From the NCBI GenBank assembly GCA_025558095.1, contig JAIVFI010000003.1:186001-250000 (forward strand): 64,000 nucleotides of DNA. The letters run 5' to 3'. The stretch is from Hyaloraphidium curvatum SAG 235-1. Taxonomy: Eukaryota; Fungi; Monoblepharomycota. The position numbers and the translations under genes are program-made. Within the stretch, counting starts at the first letter, position 1; every line of letters starts with the position of its first letter. The notes below the pieces were generated by a model. That model was not told the DNA's origin and did no database searches. It was given only the letters and a program-made list of their open reading frames with translations. Positions 11,876 to 24,306 of this stretch are shown here, one piece after another.

Positions 11876-14412
11876 TCAAGACGAACAAGAGCACTGGAAG
11901 TTGCGCAGTTTCTAAAAGGAGAGGTTAGGTCTGATGGGAGCGATGGCGACGAGAGTACCCACCGGAGGTTCACCGCCCCACTTCTCGACTAGCATCCACT
12001 CCTCGAGGCCCCAGCCTTTGGCAAACGAGTTGGTCTCCTTCTTGTGACCCAGCAATCGCTCCCACTCCTCCGCGTCCGAGACTTCGCCGTACGTATCGCC
12101 GCACAGCACACGCATCGCGCGGTCAACAGCCAGCACGTTCTCGTCGGCCTCGACGGCCGGGGGAGGGACGTCCTCCGGCGCAGGAGGGTTGTCGGAGGAG
12201 GTGAAGTTTGCCAGCTCCGGCACCTTGCAGATCGGAGACTTGGAGCAGGTTTCGATCACGTCCTATCACGGAGTCAGCCGTGACGTGCCTGCCTGCTACA
12301 ACTTTTTCAACCCACCTGCATGATCCATTGCCTCGGCACCCATTTGGGATTTGCGGCCCACATCCTCGTCTTGCGGTCCCTGTCGCCTTCAGCGAGCGCC
12401 TCCGGGCTCAGGTCCGAGCCGACTTCTTCCAGAAGCCGGTTGTGGTACGATCCAAACCATGCCTCGAGATCCTCGGCGATCGAGTCGGCCGTGGGAGGCT
12501 TCTCGCCCGGTTCGGGCTTGCGGAAAGCGCGCTTGAACGACTTGGATGTGAACGAATCGCGCACGAGGGAAACGAGCACGTCCTTGGTGACGGAGGGCGA
12601 AGCGACAGAGTAGGAAGAGAGGGTGCGGAAGAAGAGGGTGTAATCCATGCTCGAGGTCTGAAGAACCTCCAGAAGCGGGTGCACGAGCGTGTCGGCGTCG
12701 TCTTCCTGCGATGTCTTCAGGCCAAGTTTCTGCGCGGGTGGATCAGTCCAAGCACGCCCTGCCTCACACAACCGACGCACCTGGCGCATGAGATTCACCC
12801 ACTCCGCCAAAAAGGTCGGAACGAACTTGTCCAGCACCTCCTTCAGCTCCCTGCCAACCCGCTGCGTTTCCTCCTTCGAGTCCTTCGATTCGTCCACCAG
12901 CACGTCGATGAAGCACCTGGCCATCCGAGCCAGGTTCCACAAGATGATGCCCGGCTGGTTCCCGAAGCAGTAGCGCCCGTCTTCGTCGGTCGTGTTGGGC
13001 GTCCAGGAAGGATCGTAGTCGTCGAGAAACCCGTACGGCCCGTAGTCGAGCGTCAGCCCGAGAACCGAGGTGTTGTCCGTGTTTAGCACCCCGTGCACGA
13101 AGCCGAGGGCCTGCCAGTGCGCAACCGTCTCTGCGTTGCGTTGCACAGAGACACGAAACAGATCCAAGTAAAGGTCCGACGTCGCCTGACCGCCATGCTT
13201 CTCCCAGATCTCGGGCAGGTAGTTCCGCACAACGTACTCGCAAACCAGCTTCGTGCCCTCCTTCCACTCGCGCATCATCGGAAGCTCCAGCGTGCCGACG
13301 CGGACCCAGCTTTCCGCCATCCGCATCACGATCGCTCCCATTTCGAGGCCCTGCTCGCGCATCACGGGCCGGTTGGGCGTGACCACCATGCCGACTGCGC
13401 GGGTGGTCGGAACGCCGACGCGGGCCATGAACTCGGAGCAAATATACTCCCGGATCGTGGAGCGGAGGACGGCGTAGCCATCCGCGAATCGCGAGTACGG
13501 CGTGCGGCCAGCGCCCTTGAGCTGGACCTCCCACATCCGGCCGCCCTTACCGGTCGTCTGCAGCAAAGAAATAGCTCTGCCGTCACCCAGCTGCGAACAT
13601 AGCGTAAGGAATGACAAAGACAGGGCCGCAATCGAACCCTACCTGCCCGGCAAAGACGCCGAACTGGTGACCAGCGTAAGCCTGCGCCCACGGGTCCGTG
13701 CCTGGGACGAGCTTGTTCCCCGCGATGAAGTCTGCAAAATCCGGTTGGCTCGTCAAAAGCTCATCACGGCTCGGCAGATCCAGCTCAGCGAGGGCGGCGT
13801 CGGAAGCAGAAACGAGAAAGGGGCTCGGCGTCGCGAGGGGGTGGACGTGGGTGAAGAACCCCTTATGGACCTGGCGAGAGGTCCGCTTGATGGGGCTGAG
13901 CAACAAAGCGGGCAGAGAATAGAGATTAGAGCCGGCAATGGCCACGAAGATCCGCGGGATGCTCACTGATCTTTGTCGTACTTGTTTCCGACTTCGTCCC
14001 CAGGGAGCTCCTTCGTGAAGCCATCGATGACCGGCAAATCAATGAAAGACTTCCTAAGTGTCGAGTCGGCGTGTCCGTTGGTGGTTTTGGCCAGCGCCGG
14101 CTGCGCAGCGGTGCCCGAGCGTCCGTCGACAGCCGCGTCCCCGTCCGGCATTGTCTCCCTCACTGGTTCGGGACGTATAGCCGCTGAAGACTGAAAGCAC
14201 TGACGGAGGTGTGGTTTCCGAGGCGGCCAAGGAGCACCGGAAGTGCCTCCGGACGTTTGGAACGCGGGAGACCGGATCTGCCGAACGAACGTCGAGCCGT
14301 GGAGTCCCGCCTTCCGTTCACGCGCGGCGACACGCCGCGCTGCAGAAGTAGTTCCGACCCTTCTCAAGAGACTAACGGCTGCGCTGGTGGCGCAATCGCG
14401 GGCCCGGGGCAT
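11876..14412 (-). CDS. FMP40: SelO/YdiU-family protein adenylyltransferase, Cys form, probably mitochondrial (alternative start 14151)
   Basis: YAGHQFG..GQLGDGRA, QLKGAGRTPYSRFADGYAVLRSTIREY, GFVHGVLNTDN, LDYGPYGF and NPKWVPRQW. The last exon gives KLRNFQCSCSS-TGA (11876-11878). Arg-rich N-terminus. Confidence 0.93.
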
Positions 14413-14518
14413 GAAAGATGCCGAGAACCTCGGCTGTGCGCAACGGCAGATCGAGACGATCCGACCCGACCGGGACTCCGGGAGATCGCACCGGGAAATC
14501 TTGCCCCTGAAGAACGTC

Positions 14519-15928
14519 CTACAAGCAGAAAGAGCCAAATTCTGATCTACCTAGCTTCGAAAGTTCTCCATCAAACTCTCCATCGTGGCTGGCATCGTAG
14601 CTCTTGGCTTTCTCCACTCGGTCGCGGTACAGCTTCGGATAGTTGCCGACAGGGACGATCTCGCGGTCCGCGACCTCGTTGACCAAGGATGCGAGGCCGT
14701 TGTAGAATGCGAACGCCCTGCCGTGGGAAATGGTCGCTACATTAGACCGGCAGCGAAGACCTCCTGCGCAGCCTACCCTGCGGCCACGGCAAACCATCCA
14801 GCGACATCGTTGGCCACGTTGGAGTATATGCCGCCTATGAGGCATCCAAAAGTGGCGGCCTGCCAAAAGTCAAGTCGTGGGTGATGTCCCGCGGATCGGG
14901 GGTTGGCACAAACCAGAACGAGAAAGAAGATGTTGAGCGAGACGCTGATGAAGAAGGTGACCAGCCACATGCAAAGCGTAAAGAAGCACCAGAGACTCCA
15001 AAACACGGTCATCCCCTTGCGCGGAACCGTGGTTGTTGCGCCAGTTGAGGTGACGAAAAAGAAGATGCCAAGCCCGAGCCATAAAGCGCCGTACGCGCTG
15101 AACACCACGGCACCAAACGTGTTTTTCTGATCAATGACAATGGGAAGGAAGAGGAGGGGAAAAGGTGGAGTGGACATCGTGTCAAAGCCCAGCGATCGGA
15201 GCGCGCGGAATCAATCACACCTTGGCGAACTCCCATTGCCCAGCGAGAAGCTGAACCAGGCCGCCGAGTGTGAGAGCGAAGGCGTAGGTGAGGGCTTGGA
15301 ACTCCAGCTCAACCACGTCCTGATTGAAGGTGACAGTCGGATCAGAATCAGACCCCTGCCTGGCCCGAATGGCGCAACGCACGGTCTGCAAGAAGCCGAA
15401 GAAGAACAGGAGGAAGCCAAAGGCCCAGAAGCCGAGAGGCGACGGATTCGCTATGGCGGCCGAAGAGTCGATTCGAATTATCAGGTCGCCTTCTTCCACC
15501 GCCGCCGTGGCGGTCGCCTTGCTTCCGGACGTCCTGGCGCCACGGAAGTCGGAGCGCGTTAGGTACGGATAAGAGCTGCCCAGCGATGACGCTGCGGGCG
15601 TGGTGGTCGTGCTTGCTTCTTGAACAACCGTGGAGCGCTGTGCCGCCGTCGATGGAGAGAACCCGAAGCGGTCCGGCTCGCGCCAAGCCCCGCTGCCCGA
15701 AGGGCCGGTGGTGAGATAGCTTGTGTCCTGATGGACGAGATAAGCGGCATCGTGAAGACGGTCCAATTCGACACCTACATGGGTCCTCGGGCGCTGGGAG
15801 CCGCCTTCGGTTTCGCCGCGAGTCGCTGCACGCACGGGCCTTGAGCTCGGCACGTACGCCGGCTCGTTCAACGTCTCTTTCGTGGGCTCGCGGGAGCGTT
15901 GGCCGGGCGCCGCGTAGTACTGGGACAT
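14519..15928 (-). CDS. GPR1/FUN34/YaaH (Ato/Ady2) acetate/ammonia transporter
   Basis: Signature ANPSPLGFWAFG, GGLVQLLAGQWEF, NTFGAVVFSAYGALW and AFYNGLASL; multiple TM helices; several introns. Confidence 0.88.
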
Positions 15929-16011
15929 GTTTGGTGGTTTGGACCGATGACTGGACGCTCCGCACCAGAAGCCTCCTCGGATGGACCACATCCAGATGTA
16001 CATAGAATGAG

Positions 16012-17447
16012 CTATTTGAACTCGAGCGTCCCAGCCCGCGCCTGGCCGTAAACGGTCCTTTTGTTCTCGTCCCAAATCTTCTTGAGCCCCGCCAGGTACT
16101 TGGTGTGGTATTCGCGGACGACCTCCTCGCTCGGGTTCTCGATCAGGGGGCACTCGATCGGTTGGCCGACGATCGTCACCACGTGGCGTCGGTAGGGAAG
16201 CAGCCCAAAGTTGTAGCTGAAGATGCCCCGCCCGTGGAACAGGGGCACGGTGACGCCGTACGCCTTCTTGGTCACCTCGTTCAGTTTCTGAACCGTCGGC
16301 GTCGGATCCTCGAGGTCGAACAGATCGTTCTCGCCGAAGGAGAACACGGGCTGTCACGTCGGAGATATCAGCATGACAGAGAAACAGCCAAGATGTCGCA
16401 CGTACCACGAGGCTGGCGCCGTTCTGGAGCGCGATCTTCACGAAACCAAACCTGCGCCCGAGCACGAGCGTCGCCGATCCGGGTTTCTGAACGGGCATGA
16501 GAGAAGGTTTTGCTGAGCCTGAACCGCAGCCACGCACCGCATAGAGCGCCTCCTCTGCCCCGCCGACGACAATCATCGCCGCCTTGCCCGTCCCCTCCGC
16601 GACCGACCCGTCGGCATTCTTCTTCCTCCGCACAATGTGGGTTATGGAGCCACGGCTGACGCTGACGATGCCCAGACTCAGAAGGAAGGTGGCGAGGAAG
16701 GGCACCTTGAAGTTGGGCGCCAGCGTGCAGAGCCTGAGGTCGATGCCGGGAAACTTTCCGGGGAAGTCGTTGGCGTTGGTGCCAAAGTTGGTGAAAGCCC
16801 CGACCGAGATGATGCCGTGCGGGTGGTAGCCGAAGATGTAGTTGCGGTTCGGCGGCAGGTCGACAGTCTTTCGCAGTTCGATCGGGCTGTTGGTGGGAGT
16901 GTGAGGACGGCGAATCCTGCGAGTCTTCCAAAGCACCGACAAGAAGTCGCGTAGCCACTTCCAGACGAAAAGATCCTTGATGAACTTGACGGGACGGCCG
17001 CCCTTCTCCCCGGCCTTGTCCGTCAGAACGAAAGCAACGTAGAGGGCGAAGGGAATCCACAGGAAGGGTATAAATAGACACACAAGCGTAAGAATAAGGC
17101 TCAAAGGAATGATGGCAAACGCTGAATGGGCAGGCCGAGCGCGATGCGTTGCGTGGGTCGCGACGGCGTTCACGGTGAACAGGGTCCCAGTCTTCGGCAC
17201 AGGTCCACTCACTCAGGACGACGGCAAAGGTCTGGAGACGGCGATGCCACGGCACATCCAACGGTGCCCACTCGATCCCGCTGGACGAGGATCGGCCGAA
17301 CACGTCCGCGCGCTCCTTGAGAACGGGTTCGATGTCGGGCAGCGAGTCCTCGGCGTCCGCTTCCGGTGCAGCCTCGCCGCGGGAACGCAGGCCGGCTGAC
17401 GATGCGTTTGGATCCGCGGAAGAAGAGGACGCTCCAGCTCGGGCCAT
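16012..17447 (-). CDS. DGA1: Diacylglycerol O-acyltransferase, DGAT2 family
   Basis: WAPLDVPWHRRLQT, YIFGYHPHGIIS, VVGGAEEAL, RFGFVKIAL, VFSFGENDLF and GLLPYRR..VGQPI; about four introns. Confidence 0.93.
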
Positions 17448-17572
17448 TTCGTCGGGCAATGAGACGGAGCACCGAGCTTCAGGGAGGACTCAGGGAGCTT
17501 GGTCCCTGCTCGCAAGTTCTTCATCGACAAACGGCAAAGCCTAAAACAAAAATGCATCATCTCGTAGCTATG

Positions 17573-18744
17573 CTACTCTTTCCGACCAGCTCTTTGCCGC
17601 GCCGAGGTGCGCCTGGGCGAGTCGATTCCTGATGCCTGCGCCGTGGGCAGTTCTTCCATCACCGCATCTTCGCCAAGGTAGCTCGGGGCTGGGAGATCGG
17701 GCCAGTACGCCTTGCGCACTCTGTGGAAGAAGCTGACGAGATTAGGGTATTTCCTAGAGAGAGCAATCTGTCAGCTCGTTGGCGGGCGGAGCACCAAGGC
17801 TTAGCTTACTTGAGCTCAGCTGCTACCAGCGGGGAGCATTGAGCATTGTACCAAACCGACGCCAGCACGCCGTAGAGCATGGCATCCGTCGTCGTAGGTG
17901 TCGCCGTGCCCACCAGCCATTCGTTATCGCCGAGCTGCGCGGCGATCGCGGCCACGTCCGCAGGCAGGATCCGGTCGTAGACCTCCGACTTGCTGTAACG
18001 TCCAACTCCCGCACCGTTCAACCCGGAAATGACGCCCTTGCGGACGCTGTTGCCGATGATAACACGGATGGGAAGCGGCGCGCCCTTAAAGATCATCTCG
18101 TCGCGGGTCGTGGTCCAATTGTCGCGCCAGCGCTCCAACGCGGTAATCAAGTAGATGGAATTCTCCAGGATGCGGCGAAAGGCCACGGCGACTGCTTTCT
18201 CCTTCGAGCTAAGGTTCTGTTCGAGGTCAGGGAGCAGGCCGGTCTCGATGAGCTGCTCGTAGCCGAGCTGGCTATCCTCGAACAAACGGCCGTTGTAGAT
18301 ATACACGGGATTCTTCCCTGCGAGTTGGCCGTCGGGTGAGCCGGCGCGGCGAACGGCGTTCAGCGAAGAAGCACCTTTCGGCATGCTTCCGCTGAGCCCG
18401 AATGAGTTCTCGTACTCGACATTGCAGAACTTCAGAATCGTTTCCGCCTTCACGCAAGGGCTCGACGCGCTGGCGCTGTCCTTGGGATAGGCGAACTGGT
18501 AAAGCACGACCTTGTCCCGCGGAAGAGTCTTGGCCCGTTCGGCCTCCTGCTTCGCGGCACGGGCTTGCTTCTCCTCGGTCGTGAGCGGGCGCCCGAACAA
18601 GAAGGAACCCAAAAGCCAGACGGCGGCCGCGGCGGAGAGAACAAGTCCGCCGACGCGCCACGGGGACGACGCGATGGCCGCGAGCTCCGGGACCACCATG
18701 AGCCGGCCGAGAGGGAGAGGAGGGAGCTGTCCGTTTGCGGCCAT
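17573..18744 (-). CDS. Metaxin/FAX-like glutathione S-transferase-fold membrane-anchored protein
   Basis: N-terminal TM; SASSPCVKAETILK, PKGKNP..YNG..EDSQ, AQLGDNEWLVG..PTTTDA; last exon KYPNLVSFFHRVRKAYWPD with stop at 17573-17575. Confidence 0.85.
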
Positions 18745-18936
18745 GGCAGCGAAGTGTCTGAGCAGCGACGAGAGAAGTAGCGGTCAGGACGGACGCCCTT
18801 TCGACTTCGAGCCGGGATTATCCGCGCGGGTTCTCGAGCAGGGACCGCTGTCACGGTGGCGTCGCGACGATCATACCCGAGTTCATTGCAGCGGGATCTT
18901 CTTTACAGACGATCTTCTCTCCCGCCTTCGGTGGCG

Positions 18937-20685
18937 TCAGCGCAGCTCTGCCGCGGCCCTGGAGAAGGGGCTCTTCCGCGATTGCCGAACCTCGACCTTG
19001 CCTCCTAAGCACTTTCCAACGGTATCGATGTACGCGTCACAGGCTTTGGGATCAATGTAGCCCTCCCTATGCCACTCGACCTGCTCGAGCTTCGGCGCGT
19101 AAAGACCGGCAAACTGGGCCGCCGCACGCTTCGGCGCGTCGGTGCACTGCCAGGGGATGAGGTTGCCGTCCAGCTCAAGCTTCCGGAGGGCCGGGAAGTT
19201 GCCGCGGAGAAAAGTTTCCACGCCGCTGCCTGGGAAGCCGAGAGCGAGCTCGCGCAGGCCGTCGCCGAGCCACCGGCCGATGAGAGCGAGGAAGCGCGCG
19301 TTGTACGCCGCTACTGTCTGGCGCACAGCGAGGGTCTCGAGCGACGCGAACGAGCCCTTCTTGCCAACCTTCTGCTCGAGCTCCCGTCGAAGGTCGTCCG
19401 GCAGGGCGACGACCAGGTAGTTTGGCGAATCGGCAGCAGCATTCTCGTCGTGAATCGGCAGGCCCGACATGTTCAAGCAGGAAAGCTCCACCTCGCGTAG
19501 GGCAACGCAGCTGCAACATGTCGCGTGTGAGAATCATTCGCCGTCAGGTTGCACGAAGAGAGACCCACGTCTGCAGCAGGGACATGAACACTTTCATGGA
19601 CACGCTCGATTCCAAAGTCAGCCGCCTCAAGGTCGCGTGCACCGGGAGTCTGGGGTCCTTGTTTGCGAGTACCGTCGGGAGATCTTCTGAAGGATGGATC
19701 CAGTTGGGCTGGTTGGCCGGCGCTTCAAAGACTGAGCAGTTGAGCGCGAGCTCCTCCAAGTTGTTCGAGGTCCGGATGATTTCGTGCACGCAGCTCGGCA
19801 TGCGGCGGCCCCCGTGGTCGGAAGTGAGCACCCGAAGTATCTTCAGTCTCTCGAGCTTCCGCATGCCACTGAGCTTGTTGTGCTGATCGTAATTCGAGCC
19901 GATCTAATTGCGGATCAGTTGTTAGACACTTAACGACAACGAAGTGGAGGTCTCACGAGGTTCAGCTCTTGAATGCTCGGATGGGCTTCGACGATCTGGA
20001 ACAGGATGTTCTTCGGTATATTGCCGACAGTGAGGCTCGCGACCACTCCTTTCGGAACAGCCTTTGTCAGGAGGCGGTGGAGCCCGTTGGAGTCGATCCA
20101 TCTCTTGTACACCTGCTTCGAGTGCTCCTTGAGGACGTTGATGTGCTTCCAGATGCTGGGCGCGGCGATCAGGCGGCGGAAGCGCATCGAGACGGACAGG
20201 ATGAAGGTGAGGCGCTCCTTCAGGGGCAGGAACTCGAGGATCAAGACCAGAACCTGACAAACGCGCTATGCTTCAGCATGTCTTGCCGCCCGAATGACAA
20301 TGCCTTCACCCACCTCAGTAGGAAGTGCCACGAGGTTCGCCGTCCGGAGAGAGAGGAGCACGCCCTTCAGGTCGTCGAGCGTGACGACGGTGGCGCCCTC
20401 CACCGCGCGCAGGATGACGGCCTCGATGGTTTGCCGCGGGAGGGCGTGGATCAGCCCTCGCACCGTCGTTTCGGGAGGGTTCCGCGGGTCGGGCGTCGGC
20501 TCGCGGTCGCGCTGCCTCTTGGCGGCGCCCTTGTCGGTCCATGCCGTGCGCTCGCCCTCCCGGACGTGAGGAAGACGCGCTTCCTCCGCTGCGGCGAGCT
20601 CTGCCGGGGAAAGTGGAGAAACGAAGCCGTCGAGCTTCCGCTGCGGGTCCCTCTTCTTCTTCTTCGCTGCCTTCTTCGGCGGCAT
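18937..20685 (-). CDS. F-box/LRR-like protein, paralog 1 (NLS and PIP-box-like N-terminus)
   Basis: F-box LVALPTE/VLVLILEFLPLKERLTFILSVSMRFRRLI across an intron; downstream LxxLxL repeats; start MPPKKAAKKKKR. Confidence 0.8.
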
Positions 20686-20908
20686 GGCGTTCACCGGAGT
20701 CAAGCGGCAGCGCGTTCCGAAAGAGGAGGAGCGCGTCAGGCTCCGCGGTCTCGATGGGAAGGAAGGGACGACCGTGGTTTGGTCGCGGACGCGAGTGCGC
20801 CTCCGGCTGACTCAGCCGTACAGGACACTCCGAACGGTGGAAAACCGCCTCAACACGAGCTACACTACTGGAATCCTCTCTGAACAAATGTCGCAATGGG
20901 CATGCCAT

Positions 20909-22710
20909 TCATCCGAGGAACAGGTCTTGGAACAGGCTTTTCGCGGCCTGGCGGCAGATCCTCTCGACTTCGACCCCGCCCAACAGCCGCGAAACTTCCG
21001 TCCAGTAAGCCGGCTCGTTGGGAAAGTAAGTCTTCCAAGCGCGCACACCCTCTAGTTTGGGTACCTGGAAGCCCGCAAAGTTGCAGCGCGCATGCTCTTC
21101 CGGGCTCAGCCTTGGCGTCAGCCACTGACTCCTCCTCGCGATCGTGAGCTTCATGAGTGACGGAAAGCAGCCGCGGAGGGCGAGGTTGGTGCCGCTTCCC
21201 GTGATCGTCAAAGCCTTCAGCTTTGGCCCCAGGAATTCGGCGATGGGCGAGAGGTAGTTCGAAGGTAGCACGTGTCCCTGCTCTACCGGCCCGATCGAAA
21301 GGCTTTCGAGCTGCGCCAGCTGATCCGGATCGCCGCGTTTGCAAAGCATGTTCTGCCTTGTCCAAATCCCAAGCTGGATCGTCCTGCACGCGGGGAGATC
21401 GCCGGCAGCCTCCTCGTTGGACCACGACATGCCGTACGCGTGCAAGGTCTCGATTCGCAGCTTCTTCAGGCCGATGCACGTCTGAACTATGGCGAAAAGT
21501 CCATCAACGGTCACTTCGCCCAGGTGCGCCGAGGTCAGGCTTCTGTGGAGAGGGCACGTTGGGGCGCCGAGGGTGAGAACCGTGGGCTCGCCGCTATTGT
21601 TGAAGACCGCAAAGTCCACCAGCAGGTCCTTGAGACACGACAGTTTCTGCAGGTAGCCATCGAGCGAGTCCGGAACGATGTAGCGAGATTCGCCCATTGA
21701 GGTCACGATTTTCAAGCTGTCGATGCTCAAGACCGGAAAACCGCGATAGCGACCCCGCTGGGCATAGTTGCTGCCAACCTGCAGCGCCTGTTACCCGCAA
21801 AGCACAGGAGCAGCACCTAGCATTGGCTCACCAGCGTCAGCTTCTGCAGCGACTCCCTGTGGGCTTCCAAGCACGCAATGAGCTGTGTCCGCGACAGGAG
21901 ATCCGAGTGGGTGGCGAAAGATCTGACACAATTTGTCAGCATGTCGCAAGAAGTTACTTGCCAAGAGCCCACCTGAGCGTGTTTGTCGGCAGGACGTTGA
22001 TCAGAAGCTTCTGCGTTCCGTGCTGATCGATCCTGTTGCCGTGTCGCGGCCGCTCAAACGATGCCGGATTCCGAAACAGATCGACGGATCCTCACCATTT
22101 GGCCTTGTTGGGCAGGAGAACCTGGTGCTTCAAGAGCGAAACCGAACGAAAGAGGCCGGCAGAAACCAGGCCGCGGAATCTCGTGCACAGCGAAAGGACG
22201 CACAGCAGCCGGTCGCGCAGGGGCAGGTACGAGAATACGAGCACGAGGATCTGCATGAAATGAATCAGCAAGTAATGATCTCGCGAGCGATGATCCGATA
22301 GAATGGAGGCGCACCTCGTCGGGGAGCTGTCCAAAGTACCGACCCCTCAAGTCCCTCAAAAAATTCTTGATCTTTTCCTCCGTGATGAGCGACCCGCTCT
22401 CCACCGCGCCGGCCAGCAGCTCATCCAGCGTGTTCCGCGGCAGCATGCCCAGCATGCCCGCGACGGTCGCTTCGGGGTCCTGCCGCGGCGGCGGCGGAGG
22501 CGGGGGAGGCGGCCCCTTGGGCTCCTCCAGGAGCTTCCGTTTCCTTTCCTCGAGCACCTCCTTGGGCGCCCACACGGTCCGTGCGGGCGGGGCGGAGCCT
22601 TCGGACGCGTCGGGCGCGTCGGGCGAGGCGGGCGAGGCGGTGCCGCTGTCCGCGGTCGACACGTCGAGGAACATGTTCAGTGTCATCTGCTTTTGCTGTT
22701 TCGGCGGCAT
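20909..22710 (-). CDS. F-box/LRR-like protein, paralog 2
   Basis: F-box FGQLPDE/ILVLVFSYLPLRDRLLCVLSLCTRFRGLV with the same intron position as paralog 1; homologous pre-F-box helical segment and C-terminal FPxLxKL..FAG..PKLE. Confidence 0.78.
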
Positions 22711-22982
22711 GGTCGCGTTTCTTTTGGGGGCCGGGAGAAAGTGGTGTTCGGACTGGCGACTCGTCGCGGCGAATTCGTGACAACCGTCGCACCAAAGAGA
22801 CTCCGAGCACCCCAAATCAAACGACGAGCATGACACTTGATTCCAACAAAATTACATAGCAAATGCAGATTGCAACCCCCCGGAAGACCTCCGCCAACCC
22901 CGCGTCTTCCGCTCTACCCGAAGGTCCTTGTTTGCGCTCTTGGGAGCGCTCCTTGTTCCCCCCCGGCCCGCCGCCGGCCGGC

Positions 22983-23714
22983 CTACACCACCAGCCCCTG
23001 AAACACGGCCGGCACCCGCCCCGCCTTCCACTCCAGCCACAGCCCCCTGTGCGCGGTCTTGAAGTGCTGCACCGCGTTGTCCCGCGTCTTGCTGCCCTTC
23101 TGCGGCCCCCCCTCGGTCGCGCAGAGGAGGCACAGGTAGTGCGGGTGCTCGTCCGCCATGTGGACGTGCGAGGGGAGGTGCTGCCGGAGGAGGTCCTTGC
23201 TGCCGTGGGTGCGGATGCCGTTGGGCTCCTTGGCCGAGACCTTGTGCGGGATCGGGCACCGGCAGTCCGCCGCGACCTCGTGGTCCTCGTAGAGGTGCTT
23301 GACCATGCCGCAGTCGACGTAGGTCCGTGCCACGCCGCCGCCAAAGACGGCCACCTCGCGCCTGCGGCCGAGAAAGACGTACCGCGGCCTGCAGACCGAC
23401 ACGTGCGCGCAGCCGGGGACCTGGCACCGGTCGAGGAACTGCTGGGTGCGGCGGAGCATGTCCAGGCGGAGGTTGGCGGCGCCCTGAGGCGAGATGGTGT
23501 CGACCTGGTGGAGGAGGCCGGGCGACGGGGGTGCTGCGGCGGAAGGGAGGCCGAGCTCGGCGAGCAGTTCGTCCACGGTGCCCAGGGAGTTGACGGCCTC
23601 GTCGAGCGGGAGCTCGGAGGTCTCGAAGACCTCGACGAACTCGACCGCATCGACGATCTCGACCGAGGCCGAGTTGATGTCGAAGAAGTCCTCGACGGAC
23701 TTGAAGGCGGCCAT
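22983..23714 (-). CDS. C2H2-type zinc-finger protein
   Basis: Intronless. CQVPGC..HLYEDH, CRC..HLPSH and YLCLLC..RDNAVQHFKTAH; acidic N-terminus. Confidence 0.6.
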   Translation of the reverse strand: MAAFKSVEDFFDINSASVEIVDAVEFVEVFETSELPLDEAVNSLGTVDELLAELGLPSAAAPPSPGLLHQVDTISPQGAANLRLDMLRRTQQFLDRCQVPGCAHVSVCRPRYVFLGRRREVAVFGGGVARTYVDCGMVKHLYEDHEVAADCRCPIPHKVSAKEPNGIRTHGSKDLLRQHLPSHVHMADEHPHYLCLLCATEGGPQKGSKTRDNAVQHFKTAHRGLWLEWKAGRVPAVFQGLVV

Positions 23715-24306
23715 CGCGGGTGCGGGGTGCGGAGGTTGGGGTAGCGAAGCTTGCAAATGGGGATCGCAGAAAGCTCAGAGAGCTCGGAGAATGCTGCAGG
23801 CGGCTATGGAGTGGTGCTGATCGGTGCCGCTTCCTCCTCTGAGGCGGCAGCTGCGCAGTCGCAGTCGTTGAGAGTCCTCTTCTTGGTTCGCTAATGCCGG
23901 CGAGAAACACAGTGGCCTCGGCGGCGTTGCAAGCGCCGCGGCCTACGGCGCTATTCGTCGGGAGGTACGCCGCGGAGAAGCCTGTCTACCGCCTGGGCGT
24001 CCTCCGCAAGGAAGAGGGGCGGGCCGGGGCAGTCGCCCGCCCCGGCCGCCCGCGCGCCCGCCGTTCCCGGTCCCGTCATGGTAGTATTCGCCGCAGGCGG
24101 TCGGTCGTCAGCTGCTGTTAGTCTCTATGCTGCATGCTGCTGCTGCTGCGCGGAACGGGCGGTGGAGAAGCACAGGGAGGGCGGCCCTTTTGAACCCGGG
24201 CACCAGCCCGTGGCACAGCACCCCCTCGTCAGCCCGGACACTCAGCGCCCTTTGAGACCTTGATTTTGCCTCTAGCAATTTTGCTACTCCCCATCAACGA
24301 CTACTG

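Noticed and set aside
11876-11912. Selenocysteine in SelO (some early-diverging fungi use Sec)
   Set aside because: The last exon encodes QCSCSS with TGC/TGT codons. The TGA follows the complete C-terminal motif, so it is an ordinary stop.
15215-17212. 665-aa ORF suggesting a DGAT2-Ato transporter fusion
   Set aside because: It is a chance open frame through introns and intergenic DNA. Spliced DGAT2 stops at 16012 and the transporter has its own ATG at 15928.
23682-23714. PIP-like KSVEDFF at the Zn-finger protein N-terminus
   Set aside because: It lacks the conserved Gln and has no paralog to support conservation.
24128-24149. Short (TGC)n run
   Set aside because: Brief imperfect microsatellite in intergenic DNA with no further structure.
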